Part shown: in pieces, positions 1 to 15,409 of the stretch
How the letters are laid out: each line of letters starts with the position of its first letter
How positions within the stretch are numbered: position 1 is the stretch's first letter
Assembly (NCBI RefSeq): GCF_009914755.1
Contig: NC_060928.1
Origin: the human T2T-CHM13v2.0 reference genome, Homo sapiens
Length of the DNA stretch: 64,000 nucleotides
Reading direction: 5' to 3' (one strand)
Notes under the pieces: model-generated
Told to the model about the DNA's origin: nothing
The model's input: the letters and a program-made list of their open reading frames with translations, nothing else
Database searches by the model: none
Translations under genes and position numbers: made by a program

Positions 1-375
1 GCTGTAGTGAACTGTGCTTAAATATGATCTTTATGTAAGTGTTTTCATTCAGTTTAGGAAGAAAAGTGAATTTCTGAGGCATATTAATTGCACACACTTT
101 TATGTTGATGTTTCAATTACTGTTTTTTTCCCCAACTGTGTTATTTATGCTGAAGCTGCAGAGGGCACTGTAATCTTTCCCAAAACATGGCATAGCCTTG
201 AATGGTATTTTGAAGAGTGTGAATATGGTGCAAACTGTAGGATTCGGAGAAGCTACTGATATTAAAAATATACATCAATTCAAATTACTCACCTGTTCTC
301 TCTCATTTTAATGCATTTCATAGAAAATTAATAGTAATATACTTATTACATATAATCACCTTCAATGGGGTAATT

Positions 376-667
376 TTTATTTCAAATTTTATTTTAGGTA
401 CAGGAAGTACATGTGCAGATTTGTCACATGGGAATATTGTGTGATGCTGAAGTTTGGGGTATGGATATCATCCATAGTGAGCATAGTGCCTGATAGGTAG
501 TTTTTCAACTCCCTCCTCCCTCCCTCTCTCTCCCTTCTAGTAGACCACAGTGTCTATTGTTCCCATATTTATGTCCATGTGTGGTAAATGTTTAGCTCTG
601 CTTATAAGTAAGAACATGCAGTATTTTATTTTCTGTTCCTGCATTAAGTTGCTTAGGATTATGGCCT
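376..667 (-). mobile_element. 5'-truncated L1 3' end (L1PB/old L1PA-type)
   Basis: Antisense L1 3'UTR motifs (gtacatgtgcagatttgtcacatgg...ataagtaagaacatgcagtat); degenerate flanking duplication gtaattttt. Confidence 0.8.
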
Positions 668-804
668 AAATAGGAGTAATTTTTGTTTAACAGAGAGAAT
701 GCCTAATTTTCAAAGCATCTATTTGAAAGACATCTATTTGGAGACATCTATTTGTAATGATCACAGACATAGTATTTCTCACCTTTTAATCACAGTAACA
801 GGGG

Positions 805-980
805 ATTTGTATGGCATCATGGGAACTGCTCTGGCCTGGGTCAGTCCAAAGACTATTTCTAAGCTATGCCGCATTGGAAAATCATTTATCTCTGTGTGTC
901 ACCATTTTCTCATCCATACAATGAGATAATTGGATGAGAAAATTTCTAAGGGTTTTTTTCAGCTTCAATAATTCTATAAT
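805..980 (+). mobile_element. MIR-family SINE fragment
   Basis: Core-like ggaaaatcatttatctctgtg...ttctcatccatacaatgagataattggatgag and MIR3/MIRc-like tail. Confidence 0.6.
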
Positions 981-1007
981 GTCTTCATTAAGGAAAGAAA
1001 ATTGAAT

Positions 1008-1168
1008 CGCTAAGAGAATAGATTTTAAGTTACTCACACAAAAATATGTGAGGTAATGCATATATTAATTAGCTTGATTTAGCCATTCCACAATATATAC
1101 ATACTATTAAACTCATATTGTACCCCATAAATATAAGTACTTTTTGTCAGTTAAAAAAAATAAAAAAA
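1008..1168 (+). mobile_element. L1MA 3' terminus fragment
   Basis: atgtgaggtaatgcatatattaattagcttgatttagccattccacaat followed by A-rich tail. Confidence 0.75.
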
Positions 1169-1281
1169 TTTTTAAAGGAAACTTGTTCAAATTGAGTATG
1201 GATGAGTGTAAAATTGAATACAGATTTGTGAGGGAGTAGGAAAAGTGATCTGTGTTACCAAGAAAATCTAAGATAGTCACA

Positions 1282-1400
1282 ATGTGGCAGAGGATGATGG
1301 CAGCCCACCAAAATCTATTCTCTTCTTTCTGGCCAGAAAGCAAGATTACATTCCCAGCCTGCCTTGCAGTTAAGGGCCACTTCTAGGCCTATATAGAATT
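1282..1400 (+). mobile_element. MLT1 (MaLR) LTR fragment
   Basis: tgtggcagagg...gattacattcccagcctgccttgcagttaaggg resembles the MLT1 LTR 5' part. Confidence 0.45.
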
Positions 1401-1789
1401 CCAGGGGTGCACTTTTCCTGCCTCATCCTTGGTGAGCATCCTTTCTCCTTTTCTTCATTGATTCTTCCAAATCCTGACCACTTTCTTCAAGCCCAGGTTT
1501 CATCTTCATCTTTATTGAGAAATCAGGACCATCAGGCAAGATGTCTCAACTTCCAGGTTTCCCACCCTACCTCCTGCACTTCTACTGATTTATATCCTCA
1601 CCAACTCTTCCCTCTTTTCATGCACGTCCAGAGTGAAGTGTCTGTGGTGTCTGAGATGAGCCCTTCCATTTATGTCCTTGGCTCCTTTCTCTCCAGTGTC
1701 CTCTACATCCTTGCTCAGGCAGTTATTTTCTCTCTTATTTCAGAAAAATGCTAGAAAATAACAAAAAGAATCATCTGTAATTTCACCTT

Positions 1790-3100
<1,311 letters not shown>

Positions 3101-3427
3101 TTTGTTTTTAACTCTCTTGATGGGTCTGTCCACTCAGTGTATAAATATTTTAGGTCTTTTTTTTAATATATATAATTTGAAAGCTTTTCTTTGTGTTACC
3201 CTGCATGTATCTGAAAGCCTTTCTCATTTCTTTCTTTTAGTCTATGAAGTAATTATATTTACTGTCTCACTTCTTTGTTTTCCATTTAATCTTCATATAC
3301 TTATAATTTGGCTTACAATCCTACTGTCATGTTAATACAATTAATCTATGTGCACCACAGTAAGTAAATTTCTGAACCAAATGGACATTTTTCAGTGCTT
3401 TGGGGCATTTTTAGTGCCTTTGGGCAT

Positions 3428-5260
3428 TAGGTAGTCTCCAAAGATGGCTGCTTTGATTTTCTCCCCTCGCTGTTGTGCATTCACCACTCTAACCATCAAA
3501 AGATGGATTCGATTTACCCTCGTCTTTAATCTGGTCCTCTTTCTTCCTAGCACAGTAGTCTCAGGATAGCTAAATTTCTTACATGATGGCTGGCTTTGCA
3601 GAATAAGATGGAAGCTGCTAGGCCTCTGAAAGTTTAGGCCCAGAGCTGGCAGAGTCATTCCCACCGTAATCTCTTGGGCTAACTTCACAAGCCCAAGCTA
3701 GCCACGTGACGAGGCCACATGGAGGAGCTCTAACATGCCAGACACGAGTGAAGCCTCTTTGACCTTCCAGGTTAGACCAGTTTCTGATCAATGCTGCTTT
3801 GTAAATTTCCCTGGCTAATGCTGCATAGAGCCAAAGAAGCATCCAACTAACTCCAGTTGATCCCCTAAATTGTGAGAAATAATAAAATTCAGTCTCTTTG
3901 GTGAATAGTTCTAATGAAGTTTGACAAATACACGGAATTGTGTGATACTCACCAGAACAGTTCCATCATCCTCCAAAATTCTTTTGTGCTGCTTGTTTGT
4001 AGTCAACCCTCCCTTACATCCAAGATTTGGAAACCACTGATCTGTTTTGTGTGCTACTTTTGCCTTCTCCAGAATGACATAAATGGAATTTTACAGTTTA
4101 TAGCTTTTTGAGCCTGATTTCTTTCACTTACGTTAATGGATTTCAGATTCATTGTGTTATTGTATCAGTACTTTGTTCCTTTTAATTGGTGAGTAGGATT
4201 CTGTTTTTTGGATTTATCACAGTTTGTTTTATTCAATCACCAGCTGAAGGACATTTGGGACATTTGTTTTCAGTGCTTAGAAATTTTGAATATAGCTGCT
4301 AGAAACGTTTATACACTGGATTTTGTGTGAACATCACTTTTTATTTCTCTTGGATAAAATATCTAAAATTTAATTTTATAAGAAATTGCCAAACTGTTTT
4401 CCAAAGTGGCTATACCTTACATTCCCACCAGTAGTGAATGAGTTCCAATTGCTTCACACATCCTCATTTGAGTTTGGTATGGTCATTAAAGAAAACCCCT
4501 AGACATTCTAATAGGTATATAGTAGTATATCATTGTGGTATTAATTTGCATTTCCTTAGTAATTAACGATGTTGAGCATATTTGCATGTGCTTACTTGCC
4601 ATATATATATATATATCTTCTTGGTGAAGTACCTGTTTAGATAGTTTGCTCACTTCAAAAAATTTGATTGTTTTCTTACTTTTGAGTCTTGAGAGTTCTC
4701 AATATATTCTGGATTCAAGTCCTTTACTAAATATAGAGTTTGCAAACATATTCTCTCAGTTTGTGGTTTTTCTTAACAGTGCTTTTCTCTTAACAGTGGC
4801 TTACACACATCAAATGTTTATAATTTTTTGAAGCCCAGATTGTAATTTTTTTCTTTCATGAATTGTACTTTTGGTATAATATCTAAGAACTCTTGGCATG
4901 ACCCAGAGTTACAAAAATTTTCTTCTACGCTTACTTTTAAAGTTTTATAGGTTTACATTTTAAAGTAGATCTATGGTCTATTTTGTGTTAATTTTTATAT
5001 AAGGTGTGAGATATAGGTTGATATTTACTTTGGGGCATATGGATAGTCATTTGTTCCAGCTCATTTGTTGAAAAAATTGTCTTTACTCCATTGAATCACT
5101 TGTGTACCATTGTAAAAAAAGTCATTTGATCTTACTTATCTGGTTATATTCCTGGACTCTGTATTCCATTTCATTGATGAATGTGTCTATCTTTAGTTGT
5201 TACTGTTTTAAGCCATTAAATTTTGTATTTGTTTGTTATACAGCAAAATGTAACAATATG
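3428..5260 (+). mobile_element. MLT1E/F-like LTR split in two (about 3428-3888 and 5192-5260) by an L1M insertion
   Basis: 5' part ends ...aattgtgagaaataataaaa and resumes tgttttaagccattaaattttgtatttgtttgttatacagcaa, the MLT1 3' end. Confidence 0.65.
3890..5190 (-). mobile_element. L1MB/L1MC 3' region
   Basis: Antisense L1M 3'UTR and ORF2-end motifs (gaaattgccaaactgttttccaaagtggc, cattgtggtattaatttgcatttcc). Confidence 0.8.
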
Positions 5261-5271
5261 TGACACAGTCA

Positions 5272-5500
5272 CTGTGAAGAACTTTGAAAGGGCTGAAATT
5301 TTACTCCTCTTGAAAGCTAACAAGTTAGTCTGCCACAGTTTCATGAATCCTGGTGGAAGACTCAAGACTTCTGGGACAAGGATGAAGAAAAATTTACTAA
5401 TCAAACCAATAGCCATAGCCAAAGTATTTGCATTTTTGTGTTGGTTTTCTAAACCCCAATTCCCATAAGGTGATGCAAAGAGGGCCAGGTAACACCTATA
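5272..5500 (-). mobile_element. ERVL-type LTR fragment (MER74-like, subfamily uncertain)
   Basis: tgtgaagaac...aagctaacaagttagtctgccacagtttcatgaatcctgg matches a remembered LTR terminus. Confidence 0.45.
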
Positions 5501-6216
5501 CACACAGGTATAATTTAATCACTGATGCACAAGAGATACAGTAATACCACTATTAGTATAAGTGGTAAGTGACATAGTAGTTCCACTGATGTATTTCAGC
5601 CTCCCCTTCTTTCTGTGGCTGATTTTTTTTCCAGAATGAGGTCAGACATTATCTTCCAAGCAGCCTCTGGTTCTTTTATCTTCTGAGTTCCTGTAGCATC
5701 ATATGTAGTATTATGACTGAGTATTTTATCTTCCTTATTAGGCAGTGAGCTCTTCGAGAGTAGGCTCTAACTCATTTTCCTTATACTCTAATTTGTCAAA
5801 CTATTAAAACATTTGATGTACTTCCTTTTGAAGCATCTGTTGATACAGTTACCATGCCTTCACTATCTTGATGATTTCACAAGAAATGGAACAAATGGAA
5901 TACTTGTAATAAAAGGCCCTATTTTTCTTGATGATCGTTTCCCAAAGAAGTTATTTCTGTTCTGAAGGAAGTAGCTGAAAATACCTATGAAGTAACTGCT
6001 TTCCTGAAAATAGTACTTGTTATAGTATAAGTAGAAGGGGCCTTAACATATAATTTTTAAAAGGCTTATAGCTGTGGGTAATACGAAGTCTCTAAAATAC
6101 GTGCATGCCAGTAATATTGAGAACAATGCCATTTTATTCCAGGATCCAAGAAGGGCATTGCATAATTAGCAGAACAAATTGACAAGCAGGGCACATAGTT
6201 TACATTTCCATGGTAG

Positions 6217-6555
<339 letters not shown>

Positions 6556-8698
6556 TCCTTTGACTTTCACAGCCTTCAATGTCTTCATCCTAGTACAAGA
6601 AGACACATTGAATTTTTATAATAAAACATTTATTAAATTTGGTGAAGTATGAGATCTGCTCACCAGTAAAACATCCTGGTTTAACTTTATTATTGCTTAT
6701 ATTTTTGTAAGTATTTTAAGCATAACTATTTGGTTTGGTTTTTGAAAGTTATTTTCTGAATATTTTGGCAAATGAACGTGCAAGAACATCATGAGTTTTC
6801 TTGGTGCACAGAATAATAATGCTATGGGTTTATCTGGGAACCTAATAGTAGAGCTTGCCATAGCGTAACATGGAGCTCTTTGCTGGAGTGTACTTTCTGT
6901 TGTTAATTTTTTAGTTTCTTCTAAACAGGTTTGTAATTTGACTTTTCTATTTCTGAGAAAATCTGTCATCTTAAAAGAAACTTTTAGAGAGTTAACTGAA
7001 AGTGAAAGCAAGTTCCAAGGAACCCCCAAAGAAATATCATAACTCATCACTTTATCCTACCACCAACTTTTGCTGCTGTATGAAGCAACCTAACTCAACC
7101 TTGTAGGAATTTATGCATCTACTATTTGGAAACATAGAGTTAAATGCCCATAATATATAGCTAAGAGATTTGAAAGAGTTTGCCTCTGAGGAGGGGGTGT
7201 GGGCAGTAGATGCGGAGTAGGGAGTGTAAAGTATGGTTTTTGTTTTCAGCCTTCTAGCACTAACTTATTTGAAATTTATGTGCACATAGTATTTCAATAA
7301 AAATAGAACAAGTTATAAAAAGAAAACATAAAAAGAAATGATCAACCCCCAAACTGGGCTTAGTTCTTGTATTATTTCTTATAGGCTGGAAATAGACCCA
7401 CAAAAAGGAGGCTGGATTGACCCTCCTTTAGTGGAGGTTTCCCCAAAGACCCTCCTGGAGTGAAGGGTCCCCAGAGGAGAGTGAAACACAGGAGTTAGGT
7501 GGTTGAGGCATGAGTTGGCCATGAGCAAACAGTGAAGGTGATAAAGGATTACTTATACCAAGAGAACCACAGATGAGAGAATCTTCCAACATCCCCAAAT
7601 AAAAAAAGTCAATACAGTTGCTTCCCAATGCAGTCTACTCCACCCTGCTTTCCAAAGTCTGATGTTCCCTGTTTAAAAGGGAATCTGACTAAAAAGCCAG
7701 CAGTTTTGGGATTCTTTGACATGTGGCTTCTTCACCAAATCCTGGTATCATCTCTGTGAGAAAGATGAGAGCAGAATCCACTTGCATCATCAAATGTTCT
7801 GGGTCTTCTTTGCTTGTCAATTGAAAAAATAGTAAAATAAAATGAAAGTATCTCAAACTGGACTACAATGTCATTCTTACCAATCTTTGTACCTTGACCA
7901 AACTTTGTCATTTGAATTAGAGTGTTCTATATTGGGAACAAAGTTGGCCAGAATGACTTAATGGCTTATAATGGGAGCTAGGAAAGATGGGACAAGGATT
8001 GCTGCCCACTATATAGGTATGACTTGCTATGGTCCATTCCCTTTGGAGGCATTGAGCTCTGGGTTGTCATCAGTGGTATTTATCTGGTTATCCAGATAAA
8101 CCAGAGGAGGTCTCCATGTAGAGTAAAAGGAAAAAGGAATGTAGGGCTTTGGTGGACTCTCCTGGATTGTAGGGAGGAGTCGGTAAGATAGAGGGCAAGT
8201 AGTGGAGCTAAACATCCCCTGTTAGAGCAAGTGCCTCTAGAGAGATAATATCAGCTTTTCCAGGCAGATGGCTACAAATGACATTCTTTCTGTCTCTCCC
8301 AGAATCAGGATGTCTAAAGCTATTATTTTATTTTCATTTCCCTCCAGGATCACTTCAGTCCACTAATAATCACACAATAAGAAAGATCATGAACTAACAA
8401 TTAGCCTACCTAATTGTATCACTTAACCAGTCTTATTTCTTTAACTGTTGCCCCCAAAACAGGAGCCTTCTCAACTGAATTAATGAAGGCAAGATACATT
8501 ATGTCAGCTACATAATGCTGATTGATTATTGAGTATCTCTTTATGTCAGGAACTAGGCACTTGGGATGCATCTTTGAACAAAACAGATAACAATATTTTG
8601 CTCTAATTATGCATTTTTTGTTTTAATCACATTTAGTGATAGCTTAGACCAAGAGATTAAAAATTTCAAGTACATCTCCATTCCTTGTAGACCTTTGT

Positions 8699-8703
<5 letters not shown>

Positions 8704-8746
<43 letters not shown>
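8704..8746. repeat. (CA)n microsatellite
   Basis: About 21 uninterrupted CA units. Confidence 0.98.
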
Positions 8747-8749
<3 letters not shown>

Positions 8750-9858
8750 ACATCTTAACATTTGAGGTGTTTAATGGTAAATGTTGAAGTACAAATGTGC
8801 TTTTAACTTTATTGTTTTCTACCACTCTTATTTTTTTCTGCTAATGGCCATAAAGTACATTCTTCCCGAATCTTAGTTATATTTGCTTCTTTTTTTGCTA
8901 AGATATTTTTAACCACTGGATAGCAAGAGTCAAATAATCATGTACAAGTTTTTAATTTTATCTCTCTCAAACATGTTTTTGCTTTTGAAGCATTATGTAT
9001 ACTGTTTTATTTCTTTAAGTAACAATTAAATTCATAAAGTTAGAGTTTGTCTTATATAGTAATAAAGATGGTTTCCTTACTCCACTTCCTGTATTCAAAC
9101 TATTATCAATGATAGATAATATATAGGAGAGAAAATTAAAATTAAGTTAGAATTTTTATGAACTAGAAATGACATAGCAGTATAAAGTGGTGAAAAGGCT
9201 AAAGCCCAGGATCTGCTGGGAGTCTAGTCCCTATGAATTAAAGGGTCGGGCAAGAAAACCAAGCCAGATTTGAGTTTGAATTCAGGAACTACAATAGAAC
9301 TTTTCTATTCAGCAGAGGAGACTGATAAAATTTACTATCAGTATCTGCCTAGAGCTGTGGTTTAATAAAGCCTGAGTCTATGAAGGTTTCTGGATATAGT
9401 GTTTTGAACAGATGTTGAGCCAAGCTTCCTTCTGGTGCAGCAAATTAATTTATTTTATGTTCAATAGTACTGAGAGGCAGGAGCTCAGACCAACCAATAT
9501 GATATTTGGTTCTGGACTGTAAAACTACTGGGAAAAAGAGAGGTGAGCGGAGACAAGAGAACATCAGCAAGAACCTTCAACTAGAGAAAAAAAATCCAAA
9601 TTTCAAAATACGTGGAAAATTAAATTTAGGAAACACATCCAATAAAATCAATAAGTGAAAGGTCAATGTATCCTAGATGAATGAAAATAAAAGCATGATC
9701 TGAAGGGTCTTTTAAAACATGTTGAGGCCCCTCAAACATACAAATGAAGGGATAATTCACAACAAGAAAAAAAAACAAAAACAAAAATGAAGAACATATG
9801 CATATAAAAAATGAAATCTTGGAAATGGAAAGCATAATAATTGAATTAAAAAACTTTA

Positions 9859-11428
9859 ATGTTATCTGACTTCGAATTGTACTACAGAGCTATAGTAATC
9901 ACAACAGCATGTAACTGGCACAAAAACAGACACATAGACCAATGGAAGAGAACTGAGAACCCAGAAACAAGCCTACACACCTACAATGAACTCATTTTCA
10001 ACAAAGGTGCCAAGAACATACACTGGGGAAAAGGGAGTCCCTTCAATAAATGGTGCTGGAAAAACTGGATATCCATATGCAGAAGAATGAAACTAGATCC
10101 CCTATCTCTCTCCATGTAAATCATCAAATCAAAAAGGACTAAAGACTGAAGTCTAAGACCGCAAACTATGGAAGAATTACAAGAAAACCTTGGGGAAAAT
10201 CTCCAGGACATTGGTCTGAGAAAAATTTTTTGAGCAACACCCCACAAGCACAGCCAATCAAAGCAAAATGGACAAGAAGGATCACATCAAGTTAAAAAGC
10301 TTCTTCACAGCAAAGGAAACAAACAACAAAGTGAAGAGACAACCCATAGAATGAGAGAAAATATTTGTAAACTACCCATCTGACCAAGGGTTAATAACCA
10401 GAGTATATAAGGAGCTCAAACAACTCTATAGGAAAAAATCTAAAATAATCCGATGAAAAAAATGGGCAAAAGATTTGAATAGTCATTTCTCAAAGGAGGA
10501 CACACAAATGGCAAACAGGCATGTGAAAAGATGCTTAAACATCATGAGTCATCAGAGAAATGCAAATGAAAACTATACTGACATATTATCTCACCCCTGT
10601 TAAAATGGCTTATATCCTAAAGACAGGCAATAACAAATGCTAGTGAAAATGTGGAGAAAAGGGAACCCTTGTACACTGTAAATGTAAATTAGTACAACTG
10701 CCATGGAGAATAGTTTGGAGGTTCCTCAAAAATCTAAAAATGGAGCTACCATATAATCCAGCAATCCCACTCTGGACATATACCCAAAAGAAATCAAAGA
10801 GGTATCTGTACTCCTATGTTTGTTGCAGCACTGTTTATAATAGGTAAGATTTGGAGGCAACCTAACAGTCCATCAACAGATGACTGGGTAAAGAAAATGT
10901 GGTACATATACACAATGGAGTACTAGTCAGCCATAAAATAGAACGAAATCCAGTCATTTGCAACAACATGAATGGAACTAGAAATCATTAAGTTATGTGA
11001 AACAAGTCAGGCAGAGAAAGACAAACATCACAAGTTCTTACTTATTTGTGGGATCTAAAAATCAAAACAATTGAACTCATGGACATAGAGAGTAGAAGGC
11101 TGGTTACCAAAGGCTGGAAAAAGTAGTAGGGGGCTGGGGAAGAGGTAGGGATGGTTAACAGGTACAAAAAATGATAGAATGAATAATACCTCTATTTGAT
11201 AGTATAACAGGGTGACTATAGTCAATAATTACTTAATTGTACATTTTAAAATTACTTAAACAGTATAATTAGATTGTTTGTAACTCAAAGAATAAATGCT
11301 TGAGGGGATGGATACCCCATTCTCCTTGATGTACTTATTTTACATTGCATGCCTGTATCAGAACATCTCACTTATCCCATAAATATATACACCTACTATG
11401 TAACTACAATAATTAAAAATGTAAAAAA
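9859..11428 (+). mobile_element. 5'-truncated L1MA (ORF2 3' part and 3'UTR)
   Basis: ORF 9859-10119 matches L1 ORF2 ([10 protein letters not shown]...FNKWCWKNW); L1MA 3'UTR; possible TSD taaaaaa(t)cttta. Confidence 0.9.
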
Positions 11429-11532
11429 TCTTTAGATTGGGAAAACAAACTATAATGTCTACTGATGGATGTCCTACATACTGGAAATGTAGTGAAAATG
11501 GTGATGGTGATGTAGAATGAGGAACTGGTGCT

Positions 11533-12073
11533 TGTGAAGCAGGTTCACTGTGCACTGCTTACCACTTCAGAATCCTGGGCTGCACTTTTACTATGTACCT
11601 GAGTCTTGTGAGATAAAAAAACTCTCTCACACACAAATTGCATAGTTTTGTTACTTATAGATGGGCAGAAAGGGACAACAGAAGCCTACGAGTTATGATG
11701 AGCCAGTCCCCGGGGGCTCAGGAAATCTGCTCAGAGCAGATGGAGTCTCCTCTGAGAGTGCCTTATTGCTCCCAGGGTAAAAAACCCAGGGTGGGCTGCT
11801 TTCCAGGGTCCCTTGTACCACAGCTGAGGGACCCTGGAAACCAGCCCACCCTCAATTTTTCACCGTGGGAACAATAAGACACGCTGGCTGAAGCGATGAA
11901 GGATATACTGTTTCTAGGGGCAACAGGGACAGAGTCTGTGCTCTTCTGGCCACCTCCTCCTTATCTCAGGATGTTGCATGTCCAGCACATTCTACAGTTA
12001 ATTCTGCAGAACTACAAGTAAGAAATGGGGGAGAACTGGGTTGGTTCAACACCACCCATGGAACTGTCCTGCA
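11533..12073 (-). mobile_element. MER54-family solo LTR (ERVL)
   Basis: Minus strand begins tgcaggacagttcc...aaccaacccagttctccccc and ends agtgaacctgcttcaca; TG...CA termini. Confidence 0.75.
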
Positions 12074-15000
12074 GTAATGTCATGTATGGAAAATTATACG
12101 GGAATATGAAAAATCAGTAGAAAGAAAGAAAAAAAGATATTATTAGCACATAGAATAAACTCTAGACAGGTCAAAATCAAATAGAAAATTAGTAAATTGG
12201 AAGATAATATTTAGAAATGGGCTCAGAATGTAGCTGAGATAAACAAAAAGTGATTTAAAAATATGAAGGATTCATTAAAAGAAATGAAGGATAGCTGCAA
12301 AGACTGCAACATACATACTTATAGACACTCTATGAAACCCTACAAGTTCCAGGAGATGCAAATAAAGGAAATAAAGAAGCAATATTCAAAGAGATCATTT
12401 CTGAGGAATTTTCAAAGTTTGAGAAAGATGTGACTTCTTAGATTGAAAGTGTACCCCAAAAAGCATGTAGGATCGTTAAAGGTAACTCCATACCTAGTCA
12501 CAAATTTGTGAAACTAGAGAACATGAAGAATAAAGAGAAAAGTCTTAAAATCTTCCAGAAAGAAAAAGAGAAAAGATTACCTAAAAGGCCTGACAATGAG
12601 AATGTGAGCAGACTTCTCACTACTAATAGTATGTGCCAGAAGATATTTGTTAATTATCTTCAAATTGCTGCGGTAAAATTACTGTCGACTAGAATTTTAT
12701 ATCTAGCTAACCTATCACAAGAGTGAGGGTAAAATATAGACGTTCACAGACATAGAAATAAGAGAACTTAACTAAAGCATATTCCGTAAAGAGAGGAGGA
12801 ACGAAATTAAAAAAAATGATAAACACAGGAAGTGGCAAAATATGTTGATGAATTTTACTAACTTAAAAAGAAGATTGAGGGAGGCTGGCCAGGATTGCCA
12901 ACTAGAAGCAGCTAGTGTGCTCTGCTCTCAGAAAGAGAAATAGAAGGGGCAAGTAAATACAGCACCTTCAATTGAAACATCCAGGTACACACATTGGGAC
13001 TCATCAGGAAAACAGCTAAACCCATTGGGAACAGAGAGAAGCAAGGCAGGATTACTGCCCACCTGAGAGTGACAGGGAGCCAGGGCAGCCTCCCTCTTTC
13101 AGGGAAGTGGTGAGTGAGTGAGTGACCCCAGGGACCCATGCTTCTCCCATGGATCTTTGCAACCCTTGGGTCAAGAGAGCTCCTTGTGAACCTCTCCACC
13201 AGGGACTTCAGTCTGACACACAGAGCTACGTGAAGTCTTGGCAGAGCAGCTGCTCAGGTACATATGGAACCTGGGGAGACTTAGATACCTGGGCATCCAA
13301 GCAAAAGTGGTTGCAAGTCCAGCAAATCAGAAGGTTAGACCCCTATACATACCCATAAGAAAAGGGATGAATCCAGGGGCCTGAGAAGTGACAGTTTGCA
13401 GGCCCTGCTTCTACAGCACTTGGCAGGACAAGACCCACTGGCTTGGATCCTATTTCTCTTCACTGGCCAGAATCTATTGACTGAGGTCTGCAACCACCCC
13501 CACCAGTGTTTTCCAGGAGACATCAGTTCCAAACCTCCCTGGAATGGAGCTTCCAGAGGGAGGGGCAGGCCACAATCTTTGCTGTTTTGCAGCCTTAGCC
13601 ATTGTTGCCTTCAGGCTTTGGAGAGCTCAAAGTGACTGGGGGCTGAAGCAGACCCCTAGTACAGCACAGCTGCCCTATGAAAAAGTGGCCAGGCTGCTTT
13701 TATGCAGTAGGTCCCTGATCCTGTTCTTCCTCACTGGGTGGGACCTCCTGACCAGGGTCTCCTGCCATCTCTGCCAGTGTGTTTGGGCTGGAAACCCATC
13801 CATACCTCCCTGGGATGGAGCTTCCAGAGAAAGGGGCAGGCTGACATCTTTGCTGCTTTGCAGACTTCACTGTTGATACCTTCAGGTAATAATAGAAAAT
13901 CCAAGGTGACTAGGGACTGGAGCGGAACCCCAGCATACTGCAGCAGCCATATGGGAAAATGGCCAGACTGTTTTCCGTACATGTCCTGGTGCTTACTTCT
14001 TTTCACTGGGCAGAGCTGCTTGACCTGAGACACCACCACAGCCACCCTGCCATTGCCTGACCACTTCAATCAGAGGCAGCCCAGCATTTCTGTAAGGAGA
14101 AAATCCTAAAGTCAACCCACAGCCCCTCTGCCACTGCAGTTGCAGTGGTACAGCCCTAATAGCCTACAGGCTGGGGAAAGAATAAAGGCCTAGTCACTCA
14201 CTCCCTGGTACCTCCAGCACACCACAGCCACCATATGGAGAGGAGTCCAGCCCCTCTGCCCTAGGAATCTTCCCCCTACACTCTTCACCAGTCAGGGCCT
14301 CCACCTCATAACTGCAGAAACATCCCACCCATGGTGGAGTATACCCACTAGTAGTGGCTTGGAGTTTTCTTGTGAAGAGGCTTCCAGAGGCATCCCACAG
14401 CCATTCTGCCACTGCCAAAGCAGCAGTTCTATCCCTGCTGCCCTTGGTCTGGGGAAGAGACAAAGAGCCTGAGGACTATACCTCAGGTTACAGAACACCA
14501 CATCCACCATATGGGGAGACCAGTATCTCCTCCCAGTGAGCCCTTGACCCCCTACTCCCCAACAACAGAGTTCTAAGCTCATACCACTAGTGCTGCTGTC
14601 CCACCCCACTGGCTGAACACTCCCAGTAACAGCAGCTCTGCATTTCTTGGAGGTGGGGCCCTCAGAGGCAACCCAAAGCCCCCCTGCCATGGCCTCTGCA
14701 GTGGTACTACCCCTTCTACCCTTGGACTAACAAAGGAGCAAAAGCCCTAAGTACCTTATCCATACTTCAACAAGCAGCAGTTGACCCAAGGAGAGGAGGC
14801 CAGTTCATCTTCCATGAGTCCCACCCACCCCACTGCTCATCACTAAGCAGGGAACCCCCAGCTTGGGTCCACAGCACAGACCCCTAACTTGGGCTGATTA
14901 CACTGAGAGATAGCTGACCTGTATCTCTCTAGAGCAAAGCCCCCAGGAGACAAGTAAAAGACCCTCATCACAACCACTGTGAAGGTCCTGTCCTCTGCTG

Positions 15001-15409
15001 CCTCCAAGTTGGGGAGGAAACATTAACCTTGAGATTACCCCAGAACTGTGTTGGGCAGCCTGGGAATGCCAAGCTGTGATCTACAGCCAGCACTGAAGTG
15101 GGAGAGGAGCTCACACTTTCAGAGCATAGAGAGGCAGCATGGCTACAGCTGTGAGGAAATATAGGAGAGCCACAAGACTGAGCAAGAGACTCTTACTGAC
15201 CATTATGCCTAAGTGCCACCCACTGGATCACATCCCAAAACTTCAACACCTAAAGTATCTCACCAACTTTGTGAAACCAAAGACAAGAAGCTACAAATAA
15301 TTACCCTGCACAAAGCCTTGGTCCTGTGAAAACATCCAGAAAAGAAGTCAAGAAGTCTATTGATTTTACTCAATCTTCACTGCAGTTAAAGGAACACCCA
15401 CATGCAGAG

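Noticed and set aside
5853-6003. Minus-strand AG/GT unit reading KQLLHRYFQLLPSEQK*LLWETIIKKNRAFYYKY
   Set aside because: Overlaps the better-chained + strand exon; the next plausible partners need a mutated acceptor and a 56-nt intron
6697-7050. 117-aa minus-strand ORF in unique DNA
   Set aside because: No recognisable domain; it is antisense to the candidate exons and spans their introns
8079-8100. 9-bp inverted repeat tttatctgg-ttat-ccagataaa
   Set aside because: Short enough to occur by chance in 64 kb; no supporting context
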